A stretch of 64,000 bases of DNA, taken from contig NC_058368.1 in the NCBI RefSeq assembly GCF_018350175.1, positions 132,372,001-132,436,000 on the forward strand. Reading direction: 5' to 3'. Source of the stretch: Felis catus (Eukaryota). The notes under the pieces are model-generated. The model was not told where the DNA came from. It ran no database searches and saw nothing but the letters and a program-made list of their open reading frames with translations. Shown one piece after another: positions 1 to 11,570 of the stretch. The stretch's first letter is position 1; each line of letters starts with the position of its first letter. Position numbers and translations under genes: made by a program.

Positions 1-2119
1 ACAAAGAAGTAATTTACCCAAAGACATATGATTAAAATAATGATAAAAGGAAGATCTCTAACATAATAAATAATTTAAAATGTGATATATTTTGGAACAA
101 TGTATATTTTAAAAAGTGAAAACAGGAATATCAAATGCTAAAAACCTTAAGGCACAAGAAATTACATTGTAAGAGTAGAATGACAAACACTAATGTACAG
201 ATTTACTATTAATAAAGTTAGTCCTTGAAGAATGAATTAGGATTACAAAACTAGTCACTGGAAGAGTGGATTAGGATTGTAAAATCACATATGTATAAGT
301 ACCATTTGTGCAAGCACACACATACACACACATGCACATACTACATGACCATATACACATGATTTTTATCATAAAACAATGGCCTAAAAATATTTCTAAA
401 ACAATAATCGTATTACTCATACTTGACAGTATGTGATAAGCTATTTACACGTTACACATACATAGAGACACATCATCAATAGTACATCCCTACAGAAATA
501 AATTAGGAGAAGAGAGTATTTTGTGTACATCTTCTTTAGCAATAAGATTATAGGTGATGCATGTTGGAGGAACAATGTATAATAGTTCAGTTATTGGAAT
601 ATTATACATCAAAAGCAAACAGAAAAGGTTATTTATGCAAAATATATATTTGATAACAAATAACAAAATAAATGAAACTAAATTGATTAAAAAGCAACAA
701 GTGAAGTCAATGAAGACAATACTAATTCAAAATAACACTGGTAAAGTGTTTTTCTGAAAATATAACTCTTTGCAGCTGAGAATATTTAATATTAATTTAC
801 AAGTCCCAAATCAAGTGTATCTCAGCACTCTCTACTATGCTGTTTAATTTTATGAGCATCTAGTTCTAGCAAACCTTTATAACTTGCTCAGTAGTTCGCT
901 AAAAAACAGCCCTAACCACACATCAAACATCAAAGTTCATGGAACTGTGTTTACTTTTCTGTAACAATAAAGAAAGAACTTGACTTTTTGCTCAATTTGC
1001 AGCCTCTCAAAATGACCTTATAAGACCTAGCAACAGGCCTCCCTATCTTAAAGAAACACTGCCTACAACTATAGGCAATCTCAGTGTGACATCCTCTCAC
1101 ATGACAATCTTTTCTCTAAAGGAACTCTGTGGTAAGCCTGTATTTTTCTAAGTCTCTTTCCACTTTCAAGAAAGTGAATAAATGAAAACTTGGCATGATA
1201 CCTGTGCAAGATTGCAAACCTTAACATAAACTGTCAGTCACAGTTTTTCCCAGGCAATTTTCTTTAGTAGGGCAATGTATTACTCAGGTTTTCCAGAAAC
1301 ATTTCCAATTACAAGCACTGCAGGGTTTTTTTAAAGAAAACTTTTTCACTATTATTTATAAACATCCATTTATAAAAGAAAGATTACTATTTAAAATAAA
1401 ACTTAAAATATAAGCAATATTATTAATCATTGCTAATTGGCCAGTTATATTTTATAAAGCAGTATTCCACTCTATACTCAAAGAATGTTTTCATCTAATG
1501 TCTTTCATTTCTAATCCTACAAAAAGTTACATTTATAACTTGATGTCATAGGGGAAAAGTCATTTTACAATAAAAGCCCATGTTTTTTTTAAACATTTGG
1601 ATAATAAAATTATTAAAGAATCAATAAAATATACATTCTACATAGTAATCATTGAAGATGGCTATTCTATTGGTATTTTAGGTTAATCTTATTCCTTCTC
1701 TAAACAATTATAATTTCATTTTGCCTCCACTATACCAGGAGTCTATTATCAGAATTTAATCAACATATAAATACTAAATCTATACTATGGAAAACAAATT
1801 GAAGTATGAATTTGCCCCTAGGGAGGGAATGCTTACACATTTACATATATACCTGTAATACTATATGGAATGTGACAAAGGTGCTGTGAGAAGAATATAG
1901 ATAAAGCCATGTGAGAGATAAGATTATTGTTGGTTTCTTGGAGTAAAAGAAATTTTAAAATGATTTCTGGGCATTTCAGGTAAACAATAAAGGACAGGTA
2001 CAATTTGGAGATGATTCAGAATAGGGAAAGACTAGCCCACATGCAGGAACACTTTCATTTAAAGGCAAAAACTGTAAACATTCATTCTGTAGACAAGAAG
2101 GATAAGAAGTACCCTTTGT

Positions 2120-2379
2120 TGGGGTGTCTGGCTAGCTTAGTCAGTGGAGTGACTTGGGGTTGTGTATTTGGGCTCCATGTTGGGTGTAGGGATTACTTAA
2201 AAATAAATATTTAAGAAAAAAAGAGGAGTGTCTGGGTGGCTCAGTCAGTTAAGCATCTGACTTCAGCCCAGGACATGATCTCATGGTTCATGAGTTCGAG
2301 CCCCACATTGGGTTCCATGCTGACAGCACTGAGCCTGTTTGGGATTCTCTATCTCCTCCTCTCTCTGCCCCTCCCCCAC

Positions 2380-2435
<56 letters not shown>

Positions 2436-2468
2436 AAAAATAAATAAACATTAAAAAAAAGTTTAAAA
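2120..2468 (+). mobile_element. Two CAN-SINEs (short form 2120-2212; full form 2225-2468 with long (TC)n)
   Basis: tRNA-like head (gtggctcagtcagttaag...gttcgagccc), CT tract, AATAAA and A tail. Confidence 0.9.
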
Positions 2469-2483
2469 AAGAGGTATCCTTTG

Positions 2484-2817
2484 CCCCTGCCTCACATCAT
2501 ATACAAAAATTAACCCAAAATAGATCAAAGACCTAAATATAAGAACTAAAGCTGTAAAAATTTTAGAAGGAAACATGGGATCAAATTTCTATGACCTTGC
2601 ATTAAAAAAATGGTTTCCTAGACATAAAACCAAAAGCACAAGCAATTGAAAACAAAAATTGGAATTCTTTAAATATTCAAACTTTTGGGTTTCAAAAAAT
2701 ATTATTAAGAATGCAAAAGACAATCCAAAGAATGGCAAAAAAATATCTGCAATTCATGTATTTAATAAGAGTCTAGTATACATAATATATAAAGAACTAC
2801 TACAAAACAATAAAAAA
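2484..2817 (+). mobile_element. Old L1 (L1MB-like) ORF2 3' fragment
   Basis: cctcacatcatatacaaaaattaacccaaaatagatcaaagacctaaat... matches the L1 ORF2 C-terminal region (compare 43535-43580). Confidence 0.85.
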
Positions 2818-2939
2818 TGTTAGCATCTGACTCTGGTTTACCTTCTATCTTCATCCTCCATTAGACCTAATATTTCAGATTGCCTTAAAAGTAAACTTCT
2901 TTAAAAAAAAAAAAAAAGAACAACAACAAAAACATCTAA

Positions 2940-3757
2940 AACACTGATATACCATAACATTCTCCTTTTAGAAGTGTACAATTCAGTAGTTTTAGTATAT
3001 TCACAAAGTCGTGCAACAATCACCACTATCTAATTACGGAATACTTTCATCATCTTAAAAAGAAACTTGTAAACATTAGTAGTCACTCCGTATTTGTCCA
3101 CAGCCTTAGGCGACCACTAATCTACGTTCTGTTTCTGTGGTTTTGCCTATTCTAGACATTTCATACAAATAGAACCATAAAGCATATAGCTTTTTGTGTT
3201 TGGCTTTTTTCACACAGCATATTGTTTCCATGTTCATCCATACTGTAGCATGAATCAGTACTTCATTCTTTTTTTGATTGAATAGCATTACACTGAATGG
3301 TTATATCACGCTGTAGTTTCCCTTCATCACAAATGACTTTTGGGTTGTTTCTCCTTTGGGGCTATTATCAATGATATTCTTATTAATATTAATGTACAAG
3401 TTTTTATATGGACATATGTTTTCAATTCTCTGGAGTATACACCTAGTAATGGAATGAATCATATGGTAATTCTGGATCTAACTCTTGAAGAATTGCCAAA
3501 TTGTATTCCAAAATGACTGTATCATTTTACATTCATATCAGCAATGTATGAGAGTTCCAATTTCTTCACATTTTTACCAACACTCATCATTTTCTGTCCT
3601 GGTGGGTGTGGAGTAGTATCTCATTGTAGTTTGATTTCCTTCTCCCTACAGATTAATTATGTTGACCATCTTTTCATATGTTTATTGGACATTTGTATAT
3701 CTTCTTTGGAGAAATGACTATTCAATCTTTTACCTAATTCTGAACTGAATTTGAGTC
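2940..3757 (-). mobile_element. Old L1 (L1MB-like) 3' end, inverted relative to its upstream part
   Basis: Reverse complement shows catttctccaaagaagatatacaaatg...atgctacagtatggatgaac...ctgaattgtacactt, a typical L1MB 3' region. Confidence 0.85.
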
Positions 3758-4520
3758 AAAAGTTTGAATATTGTTTAAACACAACAATAATCTTTCACTT
3801 TGCACTCCACAAATACTTGTCTAAATTACTAGGCAGTAATTCTGACATATTGGAAAGTAAAAATATTTAGTTTACTTGTCATCACTGAATTTCAAAGATA
3901 ATTTTGTAAGTCAATCCTTTGGTCAGATGTAAATAAACATCAATATTACACACTTGTGAGCACTAATAATAATTGTGAATGGAATGATGACTCGGAAATC
4001 TTTCTCATTCTAAGTTGTCAATATGAATATCATAAGATATAAATTTTTACATTTCACTTGTCAATACTGGCTTGGATAGCAGTGCCTAAATTTATTACAT
4101 ACTTTTTAAAGACTTCTATATCCCTAGAGTGTGAGTCTCACAGGAGAGCTATGAATCACTTGTTATTCATGTTATTTTTCCAAAAATGATCAGTAGCAAC
4201 TTACAATTATGTGAGCCCATATTTAAAAAGTAGAAAATAAAAGCTATGAAAAAGATAATATAATGCTTGCAGGTTGCTTATATGGGTTAGTCAATTCTAC
4301 AAAACAAGGAAAGCATTTAACAATGATATCTGAGAAATCAGAGCAAACTGCAAGAAATACACAGTAAGTTGCAATTTTCCTACAGCACCAACATAGGAAA
4401 TGTAATGAGTCTATATATAGATCATACTATTATCAAATGAATGGAAAAATTTACCTTAAAGAAGTACCATAAAAATGAAATGAATGGCATCTGTGTAAGA
4501 TGCATAAAAATTACTACTTT

Positions 4521-4866
4521 ATTTATTTTCTTTTAAGTTCACTCTTTTTCTTTAAAAAAAAGTTTATTTAGGGACGCCTGGGTGGCTCGGTAGGTTAAGC
4601 GTCCGACTTCGGCTCAGGTAATGATCTCACAGTTCGTGAGTTCGAGCCCCGCGACAGGCTCTGTGCTGACAGTTCAGAGCCTGGAGCCTGCTTTGGATTC
4701 TGTGTCTCCCTCTCTCTCTGCCCCTCCCCTGTTCGTGCTCTGTCTCTCTCTGTCTCAAAAATAAATAAACATTAAAAAAATTTTTTAAATAAAATAAAAA
4801 TTCAAAAAGTTTATTTTTGAGAGAGAAAGAGGGTGATCAGGGGAGGGACAGAGAGAGGGAGGGAGG

Positions 4867-4920
<54 letters not shown>

Positions 4921-5273
4921 CCCAAGCAGGCTCCACACTCAGTGCAGAGCTTGACACAGGGCTGGCTCTCACAAACCGTGAGATCATGACCTGAGTGAAA
5001 ATCAAGAGTGGGACACTCAATCAACTGAGCCACCCAGGTGCCCCAAAATTACTACTTTAGAAAAAAAAAATTTAATGCTTATTTATTTTTGAGAGAGAGA
5101 GAGGCAGAGAGAGTGAGGAAGGGAGAGAGAAAGAGGGAGACACAGAATCCGAAGCAGGCTACAGGCTCTGAGCTAACACAGAGACTGATGTGGGACTCGA
5201 ACTCACAAACCGTGAGATCATGACCTGAGCCAAAGTCAGATGCTTAACCGACTGAGCCACCCAGGTGCCCCCC
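4521..5273. mobile_element. Cluster of three CAN-SINEs (+4571-4800, -4810-5044, -5070-5273)
   Basis: SINE consensus sequence with resolvable TSDs (see findings). Confidence 0.93.
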
Positions 5274-7029
5274 AAAATTACTGCTTTTTAAAAAGCATCT
5301 TGATTGTTTCTCTTTCTTCCCCAAAGTAATATCCTCCTGGCACACACAAAACAATAAAATATTACAGAAATATATAAGGTAAGGGACAGTTCTTATAATT
5401 CCACCCTAATCCCATCTCTGAATTAGTTTGAAATATTGTAAATTTCTTCAAGAAACTGTGTGTGTGTGTGTGCACATGCGTGTATACACAAAAATCAAAA
5501 GATTCTAAGCATTACTACTGGAAAATAACTAAACTTGAAAAAATATTCTGTATTAACAGAATACATAAATATGATCTCTATATGCATATTCCCAACTCAA
5601 ATTAAGTCATCAACTAATTAGATCAAGGTAAACCCAAATCAAACTGCTTTCTGCAAAGGGCAAAACATTCCAAACCTAACTTTCAGTGCCTCTTACTTAA
5701 ATTGAGGGCGAAAGTTTTATAAATTATATCCCATTGTAGTTTTCTATTTTCAGAAGTTGACAATGTAATATTTTTATTTCTAGGGCAAGACTTTAACAGT
5801 GCTAGTTCAAAGTCTTGAAAGTTAAAAGGGAAGGCCCCTTTCCTAAAATTAAGGTTACATTGGCTAGCAGATAATCGACAGCAATCAAAAGCAAAAACCT
5901 ATATAAAATCTACTGTTTAAGTTAAAATATTTTCTTCTTGGGTTTTGTTATTTTTATTCTAGCAAAACTAATCTCAAATTCATACAAGGATGAAAATCAT
6001 CAAAGAAAATATGATACTAATGTATTTGAAATTACATCTTTTTGGATTCCTGCCCAATTTTAATTACAAAATTACAAAATATGAAACTATGAATACCATT
6101 TTACCTAGTATTGATTTTAAACTTTAATAGCTGCCACTTAAAAAATAAATCTAAAGGCCCATTATTCAGAGCCCTTCCACATTTTACATCTTTTTAAAAT
6201 GCAATACCAATAACGAACAAATACACCAAATTCAATGAACATGTATTGATTCTGCATCTTAATTTGTTCTTTCCTAAATACCAAGACAGGAACACAAGAG
6301 CAGCATTTGTAAGAAATAAGTAGTTCACCATGAATTACCTCATCACAGGGTTTAGCTAAAACAATATAAAACTAAAGAGGCAAATTTGTTTTCCAGGCTG
6401 TGATTGCTTTTTCTTTTCTTTTCATTCTAAAGCATAGCTTACTTTGATTTTCCCCCTTCACATCCACCCCCTTCCCCTAAGTGTAATCAAGCAAGGAAAA
6501 TTTCACTTTGAAGTAGAGATCATAAAAAAAGAATAAATCAAAGCTTTTCCAAAATCCTCTTCCCCCACCCGCCCCAAAGATCTACTATAGAACTCATGAA
6601 GTAGACAATTAAACACACAGTTTTAGTTACAAAAACAAATTTATATATAAAGAATAAGTATACTTAATATCATTCACTTATGAACCAAATCATTGTTTTT
6701 AAATTAGGAATTCCCAAAACTAGTTTATCATATTGTCAATGGAATATGGGAATAAATGGAATTTGGGTGCATAAAGTAAACAAAGCCTTTGATCTTACTA
6801 TATCAAAACTCTTAGAATAATATGTAAATGATTATACAGTGATAAATTTAACACTGCTAAATAAGCATAGTTGGAGGAAGGGGCATTTATATTACAGTTG
6901 CATTTCAGATCAAAGTTCTTAGAAAACCTTTCGGCAAATGATCTACGACAGCATATTTTGAAACATGGTAATGGATAAAATAAACTTTAATATTGCATCC
7001 TTAAGGTACAAAATGGCTTATTTCTTAAA

Positions 7030-7253
7030 TTTTAAAAATATATTATACTTAACTTATTATGTCCAAATTATTATCATTTCAACATAGAAACCTATGTGAA
7101 AAATTATTGAGATATTGTGCATTCTTTCATTTGTAGTAATTCTTTGAAATTCAGAGTGTTTTTTACACTTAAATTACAGCTCTATTTACGTTAGCCAATT
7201 TTCAAATGCTCAGTAATCAGATATGGGCATTGGCTACCATATGGACAGCATAG
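7030..7253 (+). mobile_element. hAT-type DNA transposon relic (MER33-like)
   Basis: attatcatttcaacat...tctttgaaattc...ttacactt...ggctaccatatggacagcatagg resembles the recalled MER33 3' part. Confidence 0.65.
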
Positions 7254-7349
7254 GCATAGATATTCCTAGAAGTGCAATTGCTTAGAAGAGCATGCACTTA
7301 AATTTTTATGGCTGTAGCCAAATTGTTTTTTATAAAGACACTTAAAAAT

Positions 7350-8065
7350 TTTTAACAATTACCATGTAGCAAAATTAACTTTTTGTGTACAATTCTATAA
7401 ATTTTAGCACGTGTATAAATGTGTAACCACTACCACAAACAGTCCTATCACTCCAAAAAAAAAAAAAAAAAGTCCCTCCTACCTCTGCCTTTATACTCAC
7501 ACCATCTTTCTAACCCTTGGCAACCAGTGACCTGCACTTTCACCTTTTCAAAAAAGTCACATAAATATAATCATACAGTACATAACCTTTGAGACTAGCA
7601 CAATGCCTTTGAGATTCATCCAAATTGCTCCACGAGACAATAGCTCTTTCTTTTGGATTGCTGAGTAACATTCACCTGTTGAAGAACATTTAGGTTGCTG
7701 CTGCTCTGAGATGATTATGACTAAAACTTCTACAAACATTCATATACAGGTTTTTGTATGAACACAAGTTTCACTTCCCTGTGATAAATACCCAAGACCA
7801 TGTCACTGGTAAGTGTATGTTTAACTTTATAAGAAACTGCTAAACTGTTATACAGAGTGGCCATACAATTTTCAGCTCCTACCAGCAATGTATGAGAGTT
7901 CCAGGGATCCCTCATCCCAGTCAACACCTGGTGTTGTCAGCTGCTTGTTTTTTAATTTTAGCCATTCTAATGGATGTGTAGTCATATCTCATCATAGTTT
8001 TAATTTTGTATTTCCCTAAAGCTAGTGACGCTGAACAACTTTTTCTATGTTTATTTGAAATTGGC
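7350..8065 (-). mobile_element. Old L1 3' region
   Basis: ORFs 7557-8106 (-) are L1-like (IKTMMRYDYTSIRMAKIKK; QPKCSSTGE). Confidence 0.8.
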
Positions 8066-8829
8066 CTTTTAGGGGAAAAAAGTTCATGCACACCCAAAAA
8101 TCTCAAGTCAATTGTATAGGAAAAGAAAGCAAAACATACAGTGTCAATGAATTTGTCAATTGTTTCATTATTTTCATTTAACTTGACATTTAACTATATT
8201 CCATTTGTCTTGTTCAATGGACTCTACATCTATTTCTAGGACCTAATTTGAATTATATCTAAGTCTCAGCCCCTTTTAAATACAATTCCTCTGGATGTTT
8301 TTCTTCTCCTTTTTTTTTCCAGCTCTCTTTCTCCTAATGATATGCAAACTTATACTTTTTGAATGCTAGACCTGCATTTTCTCCCACCTAATGAATTTTT
8401 CAATCTCAGTGTCCTACCATCACTCTCACATTCTAAAGCCAGTAGCTTTCTCACTTTTCCCATACCTTTTCCCACACTTTTCCATATCTGTAAATGCAAA
8501 AATCATTCTCATCCTACAAGTTGAAACTTGGTATCATTTGTGACTACTTTTCTTGGTTCTCCACAGAAAATAGTCCAGAACTGTCTTGTTTCCCCACAGA
8601 AAATAGTCCAGAACAGAAACTGTGATGTTTCTGTTTCCCACTATCTAATTCTGCAGTATATTTATGGCATGTAGATGCCTTCTAACTGGTCTCTCTATAT
8701 CCAGTCCAATTTAGCCATTATCATTTATACCTTCCTAAAATATCATTATGTTATTATAATGTAAAAAATAAATCTGAAAGAGTAAAGGCAAATTTAAAAC
8801 TTGAATTCAAGTAGAGTCTTGATCAATCT

Positions 8830-10385
8830 ACCTTTAATTTTACATAGGGCAACTGAACACATGAAGAAAATGAAAGTGAATGCTAAATGTTAAAAACAAA
8901 AAATGGGATAAAATATTTTTAAAGTAGAGGAAAAGAGAATGTCAAAAATGGCTACACAGACTTGGGAAAAACAAAGCAGAACTTCTAAAAAAGAAAAAAT
9001 AGAATTTTTAAACACTGAATGAGTTTCTCAGTGACAGAGTTAAATGGCAGATTAATCAAAGCTGAAGAGAGAATCAAGAACTTGTAGATACAAAACATCA
9101 TGCATACTGTAGCAGACAGTGACAAGTAGATGAAGATTGGGAAAAAAGATTAAGTGAACAGGAGGCTAAATGAGAAGGTTGAAATACATCTAACGAGACC
9201 CAGGACAGAATAGAAAGAGTTGAAGAGAATGTACACTTGCAAATCTGATGGATGCCTGAGAAATTTCCAGCATTGATGAAAGATATGAATCCACAAGACA
9301 CAAAAGGTAATTTTATACTAAGAAGGTTAATTACCAAGAAATACATTTTTTAAATGTTTATTTATTTTTTAGACAGAGTGAGACAGAGCATGAGCCAGGG
9401 AGGGGCAGAGAGAGAAGGAGACACAGAATCTGAAGCAGACTCCAGGCTCTGAGCTGTCAGCACAGAACCCGATGCGGGGCTCGAACTCATGAACTGCGAG
9501 ATCATGACCTGAGCTCAAGTCGGATGCTTAATTGACAGAACCATCCAGGCGCCTCTACAAATACATTTCTTAAGAGAAATTCAAAACAGTAAATATAACA
9601 GGGAAGAAATTGAAAGCAGCTGGAGAGATATATCACACACCCAATACAATCACACTGACTTCACACATTAACAGCAATGATAGGAACCAAAACGAATAAA
9701 ATATTATTTTTGAAATGTTGAGCAAAAGGTACTCTCAACCTACTATTGTGAACCCAGTAAAACTATCTTTGAAAAACTAGGGCAAAATAAAAGGACCTCT
9801 AGATCAACAATATAGTTTACTACAAACAGACTTTCTGCAAAGAAACTTCTAAAAAATGTACTTCAAGGAGAAGGAAAATGATCTCTAGTATGCAAGGAAA
9901 TATAGTGAAAAAACAAATTGTTACATGTGTAAATACATAAAAACAACTGTGGTCTATATAAAAATTGCAGTGATGATGGTGGTGGTTCTAATGATGGTTG
10001 CATGGTGGTGGTAGTATCTAGTTTGTGGAGATATAAAGAACCCTAAATGATATACAAAAGAATACCACAGGTGGTCATACTTCCATGTTTTTATGTGTTT
10101 TAATTTGTTCATGAAAGAATAGCACTAATTGCTTTTACTTTGTTAAGTATCCTTAAAGAAATTCCATCATTACTCATTAAAAGAATAAAAATGAAATATA
10201 TAACATTCATGCAAACAGAGGAGAGGCAAAAAAAAAAAAAAGTAGGCAAACAATTTAATCAATACATTGTGGTGACGGTTGTACACAACTCTCTGAATAT
10301 ATTAAAAAAACACTAAATTGTACACTTTAAATGGGTGAATAGTATGGTCCATGGATTATATCTAAATAAAATTGTTACAAAAAAA
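8830..10385 (+). mobile_element. Ancient L1 ORF1/HAL1-like relic plus an L1 3' end fragment, containing one SINE (9346-9556, minus)
   Basis: ORF1-like DNA (gctgaagagagaatc, gagaaatttccagcattgatgaaagatatgaatcc, ccagtaaaactatctttg). SINE TSD aaatacattt. Confidence 0.6.
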
Positions 10386-10811
10386 CCAACCCAAAAGAAA
10401 TAAGACAACTATGGTTTGTTTTCCTTTATAAATGCACTGACACCTAAAACTGGGACATATTATAATAACTGACCAACACGACAGGCTTACAAAAAGCACA
10501 AAAATAACAGTGGTAGAAAGAAGAGGCTAGTAAAACTGTAAACATATATTTGGTGTGCAAACAAACTCAAAGTTTAGAATAAGAGTAGATAGACAACCAA
10601 ATTCAGCTAAATGCAGGTAAAAGTCAAAATGCCAGTATGACTCAGAACAATATTTGAAATAAATTTTTTCCTTAATTTGAACCTATGCTTTTAGAAAAAT
10701 ACTAAAGAAAAAAAAATGAGGAAGTGAGGAACTGCCATTGGAAGAAGTAGGGTTGGTCAATGGGAAAAGAGAAAAAGAAAGTGAACATGAGATTAAAAAT
10801 AAATATGTTTT

Positions 10812-11570
10812 GGGGCGCCTGGGTGGCGCAGTCGGTTAAGCGTCCGACTTCAGCCAGGTCACGATCTTGCGGTCCGTGAGTTCGAGCCCCACGTCAGGCT
10901 CTGGGCTGATGGCTCAGAGCCTGGAGCCTGTTTCCGATTCTGTGTCTCCCTCTCTCTCTGACCCTCCCCCGTTCATGCTCTGTCTCTCTCTGTCCCAAAA
11001 ATAAATAAACGTTGAAAAAAAAAATTAAAAAAAAATAAAAATAAAAAAATAAATAAAAATAAAAACAAATATGTTTTGAAAAATAAATAAATAATAAAAA
11101 TTCTAACCACAATTAAGTTCATGCAGAAATGTTTACAACAGGGGCGCCTGGGTGGCTTGGTCGGTTAAGCGTCCGACTTCGGCTCAGGTCATGATCTCAT
11201 GGTCTGTGAGTTCGAGCCCCGCATCGGGCTCTGTGCTGACAGCTCAGAGCATGGAGCCTGTTTCAGATTCTGTGTCTCCCTCTCTCTCTGCCCCTCCCCT
11301 GTTCATGCTCTGTCTCTCTCTGTCTCAAAAATAAATAAACGTTAAAAAAAATTAAAAAAAAAAAGAGATGTTTACAACAAATTTTTCTTGCTATAAGAAA
11401 TTATTTATGAAAAAGAAGTAATATAACAGGTTCACTTTAAAACCATGATTTGAAGGGCACCTGGTTGGCTCAGTCAGAAAAGTACATAACTCTTGATCTC
11501 AGGGTCATGAGTTCGAGCCCTACATTTGGTGTAGAGATTACTAAATAAATAAAACTTTGAAAGAAAAAAA
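10812..11570 (+). mobile_element. Three tandem CAN-SINEs (young feline 10812-11060; 11141-11365; short 11454-11570)
   Basis: ggggcgcctgggtggc heads; TSDs aaatatgtttt and atgtttacaaca. Confidence 0.93.

Noticed and set aside
10812..10900. tRNA-like A and B boxes suggesting tRNA genes
   Set aside because: These are SINE heads followed by a CT tract, A tail and TSDs; I saw no independent tRNA gene.
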